Assembly (NCBI GenBank): GCA_030390025.1
Contig: CM059431.1
Span: forward strand, 150,786,001-150,850,000
From: Squalus acanthias
Lineage: Eukaryota
DNA length: 64,000 bases
Direction of reading: 5' to 3'
The notes under the pieces are model-generated. The model searched no databases, was not told where the DNA came from, and saw only the letters and a program-made list of their open reading frames with translations. Position numbers and translations under genes: made by a program. This document shows positions 49,601 through 63,277 of this stretch, piece by piece (the first letter of the stretch is position 1; each line of letters opens with the position of its first letter).

Positions 49601-50506
49601 ATTCCCCTGGGAAACCATCTCTCCCAGCAGTAGCCAAAACGGAAAATCTGTTGGAGAGGGAGATGGACCCAGGGGACTCCTGCACTACCTTCCTAGTTCT
49701 TTTACTCTGTCTGGCGGTCACCCATTTCCTGACTGCCTGTGCACTCTTTACCTGCGGTGTGACCACCTCGTTAAACGTACTATCCACGAAGATCTCAGCT
49801 TCGCGGATGCTCCACAGTGACTCCAGCCGCAGCTCCAGCTCCGAAACGCGGATTTCGAGTAGCTTCAGCTGGAGAAACTTCCTCCACATGTGTTCGCCGT
49901 GGACAGCTAAAGTGGCCCTGACTTCCCACATAGCACAGGAGGATCACTCCACGCAGCCGAGCTGCCCTGCCATGTCCTACCCTTAATTTACACCATTTAC
50001 TTCCTTTAAATTAAAGAATATTGAATACACTAGGGACCTTACTTCCCTTTAAACACTACTTACTCTAAACTACACACCTTACTTTGACTTTAAGGACTGG
50101 ACTGTAGCAATACTCACCAGGTCCTACTTACCAATCAGCTCCTTCACTGGTTGTGACGTCTCTTTAGCGGTTTCGCAGTTGTTGCTGTTTGACTGCTCCC
50201 GCTCTCAGACTCGTTCCTTGATGTACAGTAAGAACCAATTCCTACAGGGTCAAAAGTTAGGAAAAATAAAGGCGAAGCAAGGGAGCTCCTCCTTCCACTC
50301 CTCATCTAACTCCCTGACTCACCCAACTCGCAGCACTCTGTTTAAACCGCACTCATTCTCTGCGCTCGGTCTCCACCCAGGGCCGCTCTCGCTGCCTCTG
50401 CTGCCGGTGAGTCTGAGCCGCTCTTTCTCTCTCCCCGCTCTTTAAATCCTCGGTCTCTGCGCTCGGTCTCCACCCAGGGCCGCTCTCGCTGCTGCCGCCG
50501 GTGAGA
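43645..50506 (-). mobile_element. Middle full-length CR1 LINE (43645-46135 and 48496-50506)
   Basis: ORF1 with SGNH esterase-like DGLHLN (48778-49931), endonuclease (45617-46135), RT (44043-45195); 20-bp TSD. Confidence 0.88.
46136..48495 (-). mobile_element. Inner, youngest 5'-truncated CR1 LINE with an uninterrupted 540-aa RT/C-terminal ORF (46223-47845)
   Basis: PGPDG, YRPVSLTS, YMDFSKAFD, PQGSVLGP, FADD; only two in-frame nonsense codons (about 47850 and 48315) and no frameshift seen; (TTCTATG)-type tail. Confidence 0.95.
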
Positions 50507-53500
50507 CACTCCAAGGTTCCTTTGTTCCTCTACACTACTCAGTGTCCTACCATTTAATCTGTATTCCCTTTCCTTGTTAGCCCTCCCCAAATGCATTACC
50601 TCACAGTTCTCCGGATTGAATTCCATTTGCCACTGTTCTGCCAACCTGAACAATTTATTGATATTTTCCTGCAGTCTACAGCTTCCTTCTTCAGTATCAA
50701 CCACCCAGCCGATTGTAGTATCAACTGCAAACCTCTTAATCATACCCCCTATATTCAAGTCTAGATCATTTATATATACCACAGAAAGCAAGTGACCTAG
50801 TTCTGAGCCCTGCGGAACACCATTGGAAACAGCCTTCCAGTTACAAAAACACCCATCAACCATTACTCTCTGCTTCTTGCCTCCGAGCCAGTTTTGAATC
50901 CAACGTGACAATTTGCCCTGCATCACATTGGCTTTTAACTTCGTGACCAGTCTGCCATGTGGAACCATATCAAAAGCCTTGCTAAAGTCCATATACACGA
51001 CATCAAACGCACTAACCTCATCTACCCTCCTTGTTACATCCTCAAAAAAATCAATCAAATTTGTCAGATACGACCTTCCCTTCACAAATCCGTGCTGACT
51101 CTCCTTGATTTATCTGTGTCTTTCTAAATGAAGATTTATCCTGTTCTTCAGTATTCTTTCCAATAATTTTCCCACCACCGAGGAAAGGCTGACTGGTTTG
51201 TAATTACTCGGTCTATGCTTTTCTCCCTTTTTAAACAAGGGTACCACATTAGCAGTCCTCCAGTCATCCAGCACCACACCTAAAGCCAGAGAGGATCGGA
51301 AAATGGTGGTCAGGGCATCTGTTATGTCCTCTTTTGCTTCGCTTAACAGCCTGGGATACATTTCATCCGGGCCTGGGGATTTAGCCACTTTTAAAGCTGC
51401 TAAACCCCTCAATAATTCCTCTCTCACTATGTTTATTTCATTTAATATTTCACACTCCTCGTCCCTGATAGCAATGTCTGCTTCGCCACTCTCCTTTGTA
51501 AAGTAGATGCAAAGTATTCATTAAGAACCCTGCCGACGTCTCCCGCCTCCACACACAGATTACCCTCATGATCTCTAATAGGCCCTACTCTTTCTTTAGT
51601 TATCCTCTTATTCTTAATATATTTATGAAACATCTTTGGGTTATCCTGAATTTTACTGGTCAAGAATTTTTCATGCTCTCTCTTTGCTTTCCAAATATCC
51701 TTTTTAATTGCACCTCTGCACTTTCTGTACTCCTCTAAAGATTCTGCAGTACTTAGCTCTCGGTATCTGTCATATGCTTCCCTTTTTTTCATAATCCTAC
51801 CCTGTATGTCCCTAGACATCCAGGGGGCTCTAGATTTGTTAGTCCCACCTTTTTTCTTTAAGGGCACATATTTGGTCTGAACACTCCGGATCTCCTCCTT
51901 GAATGCCTCCCAATGCTCTGACACTTATTTACCTTCAAATAGATATTTCCAGCCCACTATGGCTAAATCCCCTCTGAGCTTAGCAAAATTTGCTTTTCCC
52001 CAATTTAGAATTTTTATTCCTGGTCTATACTTGTCCTTTTCCATAATTACCTTAAATCTAACTGAATTATGGTCACTAGCATCAAAATGCTCCCCCACTG
52101 ATACGCCTTCTACCTGCCCAGCTGCATTCCCTAAAACTAATTCCAGCACCACCCCCTCCCTTGTTGGGCTTGCTACATACTGGCTAAAAAATTCTCCTGG
52201 ATGTATTTTAGTAATTCCGCTATACCCTTCACACTAATTTTATCCCAATTAATATTGGGGTAGTTGAAATCCCCTACTATTACTACCCTATAGTTATTGC
52301 ACTTCTCGGAAATTTATCTTCATATTTGTTCTTCTATCTCCCTCTCACTGTTTGGGGATCGAAAGTACAGTCCCATCAGTGTGATCGCCCATTTTTTTGT
52401 TTTTCAATTCGACCTATATGGCCTCGTTTGATGAGCCCTCCAAAATGTCATTCCTCCTCACAGCTGTAATAGTTTATTTAAACAATACCGCGACCCCACC
52501 CCCCTCCCATTTTACCTCCCACTCCATCCCGTCTGAAAATCCTGTAACCAAGAATGTTGAGCTGCCATACCTGCCCGTCTTTCAGCCACGTCTTTGTAAT
52601 AGCTATAATATCATAGTCCCAAATATCTACCTGTGCCCTCAGCTCATCTGCCTTGTTCGCTATACTCCTTGCATTGTAGTATATACCATTTAGTACAGGC
52701 AAACCTCTTTGTTGAATACTTCTCGCCCTTGATTCCTCTGTCCTTCCAATTTACTTTCTACGTTTTTGTTTTCGAATTCCAGTTTTTCTTCCCTCCCTAC
52801 TGACTCTATTCTTAGGTTCCCATCCCCCTGCCAAACTAGTTTAAACCCTCCCCAACAGCACTAGCAACCGCACCCGCGAGGATATTGATCCCAGCTCTGT
52901 TGAGGTGCAACCCATCCGGCTTGTACTGGTCCCACCTCCCCCAGAAACGGTCCCAATACCCAGGAATCTAAAACCCTCCCTCCTGCACCATCCTTCCAAC
53001 CACGCATTCATCTGCTTTATCCTTCTATTACGGACTCACTAGCACGTGGCACCGGGAGTAATACGGAGATTACTACTTTTGAGGTCCTGTTTTTTAATCT
53101 GACTCCTAACTCCCTAAACTCTGCCTGCAGGACCTCTTCCCTCTTTGCACCTATGCACCAGGGAGGCAACATACCATCCTGGAGTCACGTCTGCGGCCGG
53201 AGAAACGCCTGTCTTCTCCCCTCACTTTGAATCCCCTACCACTATTGCTCTTTCACAATTTTTCCTCCCCCCCTGTGCAGCGGAGACACCCGTGGTGCCG
53301 AGTACTTGGATCTGACTGCACTCATTCAGAATAGAATACCTGTTGGAGAGCGAGATGCCCTCCGGGGCCTCCTGCACTTCCTGCCTGAACTTCTTCTGTC
53401 TGGTGGTCACCCACTTGTTCTCTGTCCGCTTTCTCTTAGGCTGCGGTGTAACCACCTCACTAAACGTGTTATCCACGTAGTTCTCAGCCTCGCGGATGCA

Positions 53501-54239
53501 CCACAATGACTTCAGTCGCCACTCAAGCTCGGTAAACCGTCGCTCGAGTCGTTGTAGCTGGTGACACTTACTGCACACGTACTCATCCATGCAACGCGAA
53601 TCGTCCATGACTTTCCACATGACACAGGATGTGCACTCCGGTAGACTGAGCTGCCCTGCCATTCCTGTCATCCCTTTACCTAACAGACTATTTAAAAGAC
53701 TGAGTACTAACCTTTATGTAAACGACTAGGAACCACCCTTTATTTAAAGACTAAGAAATAACTTAACAGAATAGGCTTTAAACTTGAATAAAAACTATCA
53801 CCCACTACTCTCCAATCAGTTGCTTCCCTTGTGCCGACGTCACTTTTAATCTGTGACGTCACTTTCGAATGTTGCCTGTTGAGGGCCGCTCTCGCTGCTG
53901 CCGCTGCCGTTGAGTCTGGGCTCGCTCTCTCTCCCGCTCCTTATACACCCCGCTGTCGCTCAGGCTCCTCCCAGGGCCGCTCTCGCTGCTGCCGCTGCCG
54001 CTATCAAGATTTCATTAGTATGCCCTCACGGCGATGTCTCGACAATTTAGACAGTGGATTAATTCCGGCAAATACGGCTTGGTCCTTTTTGCGTTGGATA
54101 ATTAGTAAATGAGCTTATTAATTTACCACTTCTTCATTCCAAATTAACAGTATTGGGAGATCCTGTTCAGTTGGACTTGTTTCTTTTTAAAGCTTCTTTT
54201 TATCGTTAAAAATCCTAAAATTGAACTTTGAATTTAGCG

Positions 54240-54620
54240 CTACAACAACAAGTTGCATTTCTCCAGCGCCTGTATTGTAGTTAACCTTTCCAATGAGCTT
54301 CACAGGAGCGTTATCAAATACAATTTGATAACGAGTTGCAAAAGGAGATATTTGGAGAGGAAGAGATAGGTTTTAAGGAGCCTCTGAAGGGAAGAGAGAG
54401 AGGCCGAGAGCCTGCGAGGTTTAGGGAGGCAATTACAGAGCTTAGGGCCTCGGCAGCTGAAGGCACGGCCGCCAATTGTGGATTGATAAAACTTGCGGAT
54501 GCGCAAGAGGTCAGAATTGGAGGACTGCAGAGGCCTTGGAGGGTTTTAGGCTGGAGACGTTACATAGATATGGAGGGTCGAGGCCATGGAGGGATTTCAA
54601 CTCAAGGATGAGAATTAATT
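54240..54620 (-). mobile_element. L2 LINE 3' fragment
   Basis: STIGGRAFS...PKLCNCLP...LLKTYLF; (TTG)n tail. Confidence 0.75.
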
Positions 54621-54920
54621 GTATCGTATCTTTTGATAAGTCATTTGTAATTAAATAATTTTTCCATTGTAGATATTTTCGTTTTGGTGAAAGGGCTAAC
54701 CGATTGGAATTGTTTTCGGTGACAAGGCATCTAAGCTATGGTTCACCACATCCTCGCTGTTAGCTGTCCAACAAAGTCCCAGACGACATTGATTTGAAGA
54801 CAAAGTTCAGAGTTGCTGAAGAAGAGAACCGGAACGTGGGCTACACAAGCAAAGAAAGACACAACCTAGCTCCGGCTGAACACAGAATACTGAAAGTATA
54901 AAAGACTGAACGAAAACAAA

Positions 54921-55703
54921 ATGAGGAACGTCATACAGTTGCGTGTCCCGAAAAGGAACATATTGCTTCTCATTGTTGTGTTTGTAGTGTGTTATTTTGT
55001 ATCACTGCACATGGACGGACAGGCGGATATGTTCCCCACAACTTTGCAAAAATCTTCACGGAAACCGAGACAGACGTGCAGAGAGAAGCTTCATGATGTT
55101 CTTGATATCACCGAAAAAGATTCAAATTGCTTTGAAATAATCAGTAGCAACGAGGAAACCTTTCGAAGTTTGACCAATTTAACTGGAATCGGAAACAAAG
55201 ACCCGCACTTAACGGAAATCGATTATGTAAATGTTTGCACAGATTGCGCTTCTTTCATCAAATCCCACAAATACATAACTTTCCCCATAACCAGCGAGGA
55301 ACGCGATTTCCCCATTGCCTATATCATTCTGATCCATCATAAAATTGAAATGTTTGAGAGACTTTTAAGGACCATTTATGCGCCGCAGAATGTGTACTGT
55401 GTCCACGTGGACAGGAAGTCTCCACAACCATTTCATTCGGCAGTCGCAGCCGTCGTCTCCTGTTTTGAAAATGTCTTTATCACCAGTAGATTGGAAAGCG
55501 TGGTATACGGATCATTTTCCAGGCTCCAGGCCGATATCAACTGCATGAGAGATCTGGAAAGAAGCACGAGCCCATGGAGATATCTCATCAATCTATGCGG
55601 ACAGGATTTACCGATCAAAACTAATGCAGAAATTATCAAAGAACTCCTTTCTGTCAATGGTAGAAACATAATAGCATCTCATCCACCAACAGCATTGAAA
55701 AAG
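54921..55703 (+). CDS. GCNT3: GCNT3-like beta-1,6-N-acetylglucosaminyltransferase (GT14), coding exon 1 (261 codons)
   Basis: Type II TM segment (ILLLIVVFVVCYFVSL), then EERDFPIAY, ERLLRTIYAPQNVYCVHVD, SRLQADINCM, YLINLCGQDLPIKTN; donor AAG|GTATAT (phase 0); likely upstream acceptor TTTCCATTGTAG| at 54672. GCNT3 rather than GCNT1 is judged by eye. Confidence 0.88.
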
Positions 55704-55832
55704 GTATATTGTTACATCGGATGACAATTTATCTGTCTGTCTTCCTCTGTTGCGCTATTCAACAGTTTATCTCTCTCTCTGTCTAATTTACACAGCCAAA
55801 CACTCTTCCATTTACTCATCAATCTACCAATC

Positions 55833-58225
55833 TATTCATTCATTCTTCCATTCATTCATGTATTCATTCATTCATTCATTTATTCACTCATTCATTCATT
55901 GATCCATTCACTCATTCATTCATTCATTCATTCATTCGTTCATTCATTCATCCATCCATCCACTCATTCATCCATTCAAACATTATTTCATTCATTCAAT
56001 CATTCATTCATCCATCCATCCATTCATTCATCCAATCATTAATTAAATAATTAATTAATTCATTCATTCATTCATTCATCCATTCGATCATTCATCCATC
56101 CATTATGAAATTCATTCATCCATCCATTATGTCATTCATTCATTCATCCATCCATTCAATCATTCATTTATTCATTCATTCATTCATTCATTCATTCATT
56201 CATCCATCCATCCATTCATTCATTCATTCATTCATTCATTCATTCATTCATTCATCCATTCATTCATTCATCCATCCATCCATCCATTCATTCATTCATT
56301 GATTGATTGATTCATTCATTCATCCATCCACCCATCCAATCATTCATTCATTCATTCATTCATTCATTCATTCATTCATTCATTCATTCATTCATTCATT
56401 CATTCATTCATCCAACTATTCATCCATCCATTCATCCATCCAGCCGTCCATCCATTCGTTGTTCCATTCATACATACATTCATCCACGAATAGGAAATAG
56501 GAGCAGGAGCAGGCCATTTGACCCTTCGAGCCTGCTGCGCCATTCAATAAGATTATATATGATCTTCTGCCTCATCTCCACTTTCCTCAACTATCCCCAT
56601 TTGCCTTGATTTCCTTAATATTCAAAAAGCTATTGATGTCTGTCTTGAATATATTCAACGACTGAGCCTCCACAGACCTCTGGGAGTAGAGAATGACAAA
56701 GATTCACCACACTCTGAGTGAAGAAATTTCTACTCATCTCAGTCCTAAAAGCCCGATCCCTTATTCTGAGACTTTGACCCCCGATTCTAGAATCCCCAGT
56801 CAGGCGAAACATCCTCCCAGCATCTACCCTGTCAAGCCCTGTAAGAATGCTGTATGTTTCAATGAGATCACCTCTCATTCTTCTAAACTCTATAGAATAC
56901 AGGCCTAGTCTACTCAATCTCTCCTCATAGGACAGTCCCCCCATACCAGGAACCAGTCTTGTGAACCTTCGTTGCACTCCCTCTATGGCAAGTATATCCT
57001 TCCTTAGGTAAGGAGACCAAAACTGTACACAATACTCCAGGTGTGGTCTCAACAGGGCCCTATATAATTGCAGTCAAATGTCTTTACTCATATTCTCAAA
57101 TTCTCATAATAAAGGCCAACATACCATTTGCTTTCCTAATTGGTTACTTTACCTGCATATGTTAACTTTCAGTGATTTGAGTGCAAGGACACCAAATCCC
57201 TCTGAACACCAACATTTCCTAATCACTCACCATTTAAAAAATACTCTGCTTTTCCATTTTTCCTACCGAAGTGTAGAATTTCACATTTCTCCACATTATA
57301 TTGCATTTTCCATGCTCTTGCCCAATCACCTAGCCTGTCTATATCCCATTGGAGCCTCCTTGCATCCTCCTCACAACTTACAATCCCACCCAGCTTTGTA
57401 TCCTCAGCAAACTAGGATATATTACATCTGGTCCTCTCATCCAAATCGTTGATGTAGATTACGAATAGCTGAGGCCCAAGCACTGATCCTTGCTGTACCC
57501 CACTAGTTACAGCCTGCCAACCCGAAAATGACCCGTATTTCCTACTCTCTGTTTTCTTTCCGGAAAACAAATTCTGAATCCATGCTCGTATAGACATGCA
57601 TCCATCTATTAATTCATCCATCCATCAACCAATCCATTCATTCATTCATTCATTCATTCATTCATTCATTCATTCTTCCATTTGTCCAATGATTCTTTCA
57701 TTCATTCATCCATTCATTCATTCATTCATCATTCGTTCATTCATTCATTCATTCATTCGTTCGTTCCTTCATTCATTCATTCATACAATAATTCATCTAT
57801 CCATCAATCCATTCTTTCATTCATTTATTCATTCATGCATTCTTTCATTCATCCATTCATTCATTCATTCTGTCATTCATTCATTCATTCATTTATTCAT
57901 TCTTCCAGGCATTCATTCATTCTTTCTTTCTTTCATTCATTCATTCGTTCATTCAGTCATTCATTCATTGATTGATTCATCCATCCATCCATTAATTTAT
58001 TGATTCATCCATCCATCCAATCATTCATTCATCCATTCATTCATGTATTCAACCATCCAGTCCTCCATTCATCTATTCATTCATCCATCCATTCATCCAT
58101 CAGTTCATTTATTGATTGAGTCATTCATTCATTCACTCATTCATCCTTACATCCAATCATTTATTCATTCATTCTTCCATCTTTTCATTCATTCATTTAT
58201 TAATTCTTTTTTCCATCCATCCATC
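55833..58225 (+). repeat. (TTCA)n/(TCCA)n microsatellite field in the GCNT intron (55833-56487 and 57596-58225), split by a CR1
   Basis: Direct observation; source of the HSFI-repeat ORFs. Confidence 0.97.
56488..57595 (-). mobile_element. CR1 LINE 3' fragment, intronic
   Basis: ORFs 56630-57052 and 57412-57621. Confidence 0.92.
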
Positions 58226-58249
58226 CTCCCACTCAAAGTTGGTATGCCT

Positions 58250-58508
<259 letters not shown>

Positions 58509-58798
58509 ACCCACATATAATAATTAATATAATTATGCGTTAATGGCGAGTGGAGTTTCACAACATAAACCGATTTATTTTCCCACATAATAAGCAATGG
58601 TTCCTGGTTGGGCTCGTTTGTCCTTACTTCTTACTCCGAAGTATTCATTCAAATCAGCATAAATAGACGTTTCCCGTTCGCCCTGCGTGGAGACAAGATG
58701 CGAATTCATTGAAACGGTTCTGTTGCAGGCACATTTACTGTGAGTTTTAACAGCGAATGATTGGTGCTCATAATCCTTCCTCTTTGTGTCACTTTCAG

Positions 58799-59393
58799 AG
58801 ACGGTGGCAGTACCGATATCGGGTTGGCAGCGTTGTCTGGAGGACTGGTCAGTTGAAAGAGCAGCTAACAAATATCACGGTTTTCGCGGGAAACGCGTAT
58901 TATGCGGTTACTAGGGAATTTGTTAACCACGTGTTGAGGAGCCCCGAAATCCAACAGTTCTTAAAGTGGTCTGAAGACACCTACAGTCCCGATGAACACT
59001 TTTGGGCCACTATACACAGAATGCCTGGCGTTCCCGGCTCTGAGCCACTTTAGTGGTCCATCCCGTCCCCCAAATGTCCCTGTCGTCCCGCGGTTGATAA
59101 AATGGCAGGTCCTGGAACGTGTGGGGAAGGAGGGAGGCAGCTACTCGCCCTGCGCAGGTATTCACCGCCACGGTATCTGTGTCTACGGCGCTGGAGACTT
59201 GCACTGGATCCTGCAGCATCAGCACCACCTGTTTGCCAACAAGTTCGACGCTGCAGTGGACAGCACAGCAGTGAAATGCATTGAGGAATATCTCAGAGAA
59301 AAAGTCATTAACGGAAACAGTTTTCTGCCCTGTGAAGAAGAGGAAACGCGGCTGGATGATTCCACCAGTTGTTTTGAGTCAGCAACGGGATGA
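58799..59393 (+). CDS. GCNT3: GCNT3-like coding exon 2, interrupted by a +1 frameshift at about 59049-59051 (pseudogene allele or assembly error)
   Basis: Acceptor TGTCACTTTCAG|AGA. Frame 1 reads RRWQY...GNAYY...DTYSPDEHFWAT...PGVPGSEPL* (TAG 59051-59053). The next frame reads RLIKWQ...CAGIHRHGICVYGAGDL...LFANKFD...CIEEYLR to TGA at 59393. Confidence 0.85.
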
Positions 59394-59624
59394 AACAAGC
59401 CGGCACGCTTCCCCACGTTCGCTGCCTCAAGCGAAATGCTAACAGCTCTCTGAATGAACGATTGCCTGTTTTGAGAGAAATGGGCGTTGGAGTAATTATC
59501 GCTTTGTTTACGAAATCGCTGAAACAAGGGGACTAGAGAACAAACTTCTGGATTTTTTTGCGAAAGCTTTTCGTTTCTTCGTATGTACAATGATACAGTA
59601 ATCACAGTCTAAAATAATTAATAT

Positions 59625-62600
59625 GAACAGCTCTCGGCCATTCCGCCTATGGAGCCTGCTCCGCCATTGAATTAGATCGTGGCAGATCTGTACCTTTGCT
59701 CCATTTATCCACTTCAGCTCCAAAGCTCTTGAAAGCATTACCTAACAAAAATCTATCTCAGTCTTCAAAGCTCCATTTCGCCGAGCAGCCACAGCATTTT
59801 GGAGTAGAGAATTCGAGGTTTCTACTGACATTGTTTGTCAAAAGCTTTCTTCCTAATTTCCTTCTTAAATGGCCTACCTCTTGGGCCAGAATTTACTGTA
59901 GCCGGCGGAGGAAGGAGACTTGCCCATGCCCATTTAATTTCCATGAGCTTTTGCACTGCTAGTTGCTGTAAGTGTGAGTTGCACATGATGTGGAGCCCAC
60001 TACAAGGCATCTGTGGCCTGTGTTAACAGGGCAAGCAACTGTGTATCACCTTAACCAATCAGATTGACGTATGGTTAATGAACAGCGCAGTCCGAACCAG
60101 GATGTATACGTCAGAGTAATAAATTCAATGTCAAATCAGGTACAGAGAGCGAAAAAAAGGGAGGGAAATAAAGACTGGCTGAAGAGAAAGAGAACAATAG
60201 ATGGAAAGAAAACGTAAAAGTAGAACTCCAACAATTAAAATCTGAAGGAATGAGACTCCACAATTGTAAAAGTTAATTTTCAGAGCTAGAGAGATTATTT
60301 GGCAGTAATTAAGACTTACCACGCCGTTAAAACGCGTACTTAGACGAAATTGAGTAGATTGGGCCTATACTCTCTGGAGTTTAGAAGAATGAGAGGTGAT
60401 CTCATTGAAACATATAAGATTCTTAGGGGGTTTGATAGGGTAGATGCTGAGAGGCTGTTCCCCTTGGCTGAAGACTCTAGAACGAGGAAGCATAGTCTCT
60501 GAATAAGGGGTCGTCCATTTAAGACTGAGAAGAAGAGGAATTTCTTCACTCAGAGGGTTTTAAATCTTCTGATTTCTCTACCTCAAAGTGCTGTGCATGC
60601 TGAGTCATTGAGTATATTCAAGGCTGAGATCGTTAGATTTTTGGGTTATAGAGGAATCAAGGGATAGGGATTGGGTGAGAAAGTGGAGGTCCAAGATCAG
60701 CCATGAATGTATTGAATGGCAGAGCAGGGTCGAGGGGCCGTATGGCCTACTCCTGCTCCTATTTCTTATGTTCTTATGTTCTAAAATGGAAAAGCCCTAA
60801 ATTTCTGCTGCGAATTTATTTCATATCTACCATGCAAGTAGAGGAACTTCACACAGTTCAATACATTGGAATAGTGAATCAGAAAGCGAGGTGCCGTTTT
60901 CACGAAGCTAACGACAGGGGCTCGCATTTCAGACAGCAACTTCCGGATTTTCGCGTTAACCACGCATCTGCCCTCGCCTGAAGTTGCTGTAGGACTTGCG
61001 CACAAATAATGGCAAACGCCTTTATCCTCGCCGTTATGTTGACAGTGAAATCTGTCCTTTTATGTCCCCTCGTTCTTGATTTGTCAACAGAAGGAATAGT
61101 TTCTCTGCATCTACCCTATCTTATCCTCTTGACATTTTATGCACCTCGAACATCTCACTCCTCAATCGCCTATACTCAAGGGAGCGTTTACACAACGTGT
61201 TATGAGAACTTACCCATCGAAGCAGCGGCATCATTTTGGTGAATCTGCACTGCATCCCCTCCAAAGCCAATATATCCTGCCTGAGATCTGGTGCCCAAAA
61301 CTGAACGCAGTACTCGAGAAGGAGTTCAATCAAGGCTTATACAACTGATGCATAACTTCCAACCATTTGTATTACAGACACCTAGAGATAAAGGCCAACC
61401 CTACAATAGCCTTTTAAATTATTTTTGCACCACTCCACTAGCTTTAGTGATTTCTGCACTTTGATCCATAAATCTCTCTCCTCCTCCACAGACCATAGTT
61501 TCTCATCATTTATAAAGTAGTCTGGTCTATCTTTCTTAGCCACAAAGTAGATGACGACACACTTCCGCACATTGATCTCCATCTGCCACAGTATTACCCA
61601 CTCACTTAATCTATCAATGCCTCTTCGCAACTTTCTGCTTCCATCTACATTACTTACTGCGCCAGCTAACTTGGTGTTGTCAACAAACTTGGACACATGG
61701 ATGTCTAGTTCTTCAGCTAAGTCATTTATAAATATAGTGAACATCTGAGACCAAAGTACAGGAACCTGAGGGACATCTCTACTCACTTGCTGCCAATTGG
61801 AGTATTTACCAATAATCCCTACGTTTTCTATTTCCCAAACGATTCCCTATCCATTTCAATAGCTTCTATCCAATTTCATTGTGTCTAATTTTTGTTTACA
61901 GTCTCTTATGTGGAACCTTATCGAATGCCTTCTGGAAATCCATATAAATAAATTCCACAGACACTCCCGTATCTACCACGTTAATTGCCTCCTCCAAAAA
62001 ATCAACCAGTTTATTTGGACATGACTAAAGCTTTACAAATCCATGCTGGCTCTCTCTGATCAGTTCACGCTAGTCCAAGTGCTCAGTCACTCTGTCCCTA
62101 ATAATAGATTCTAGTAACTTCCCCACAACAAACGTTAGACTAATATGGCTAAAATTTCCCAGTTTATCTCTATTACCCATCTTAAATAGTGGGCTGACAT
62201 CGGCAATTTTCCAATGCAAGGGGACAATTCCTGAATCCAGAGAGTTTGAAAAGATCATGACTAGAGCATCTACAATTTCATCACCTGTTCCTTTTAATAC
62301 CCGGGACTGGAAACCATCAGCTCCTGGAGACTTGTCCATCTTTATGCTCATTATTGTCTCCATTATCATTTACAAAACTTATATTAAATTTAGAAAGTTG
62401 CTCTCCTTGATTTAGTTTTCCTTTTCCTTGTATCTCTGGTACTTTATCCTCATCCACTGCTGTGAAGATCGATAAAAGGTGAGTAATTAACAAATCTGCT
62501 ATTTCTGCTTTTCAATTACAATATCATATGTATCTGTTTTAAGAGTCTCACATTAATCTTGGCCACCCTTTTACTCTTAATTCACTTGTAAAAAAAACTT

Positions 62601-63150
62601 TAGTTTTGTCCTTGCTTCACCTCGCAAGTTTATCCTTTTATTCCCTATTAGAAGCTCGGATGACTTTCTTTGCATCCCTTTGCTGTTCTTTATATCTCCC
62701 CTAGCCCTCGAGATATTCACTGTTCTTTGCGTTAATATAAGCCCTTTTGTTTTATTTCAGACTATCCATCACGTCTCTTGTTGACCAAGGTTCTTTATGT
62801 AAACAAGTAGCGCTCTTGCCCTATAAAGGTATGCACAGGTGTAGTGTTCTATCAAATATGTAGTTGAAAACCTCTCACCATTCATCTGTAGTTTTAGCCA
62901 TGACATGTTCAGAGATGTTTATTTTGGTCAATTTTTGCCTCACCCCTCTAACGTTCATTTGACCTAAATTTAGAACCTTGATTCGTGACTCATCTTTCTG
63001 CCTCTCATGACTAATAATGTTATGGTCACAGTTAGCTAGGTGTTCCTTACCGTTATCTTATTGGAAGATTCGGGGCCCATTACTCATCACTAAATCTAGT
63101 AAGACCTGATTTCTTGTTGGGTCAAATACATAATGTTACAAAAAGATTGA
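59625..63150 (-). mobile_element. Old CR1 (59625-59880 and 61058-63150) interrupted by a MITE-like element (about 59883-61057) that itself holds a plus-strand CR1 3' end (60345-60782)
   Basis: ORFs 61121-61333, 61382-61786 and 62070-62369; imperfect TIR GGGCCAGAATTTAC/GTGAAATCTGTCC. Confidence 0.75.
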
Positions 63151-63277
63151 GGTACAGAGTAGCCATTGAATGGCGAAGTAGGCGCCAGAGGGTGTATCCC
63201 TGTTCTTAATGTTCCTGTTTTCCTGTGAAATTGGATATTGAAGCTTAATATAATGGGTGTGTTACAAGAACGAGGCA

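Larger units (their letters stand above)
42918..54000 (-). mobile_element. Outer near-full-length CR1 LINE (42918-43644 and 50507-54000) with 5' UTR, ORF1 and ORF2 remnants
   Basis: ORF1 CxxC...CxxC (53222-53671), endonuclease, RT (50342-51427) and C-terminus (43010-43627); the halves share a 20-bp duplication. Confidence 0.88.
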
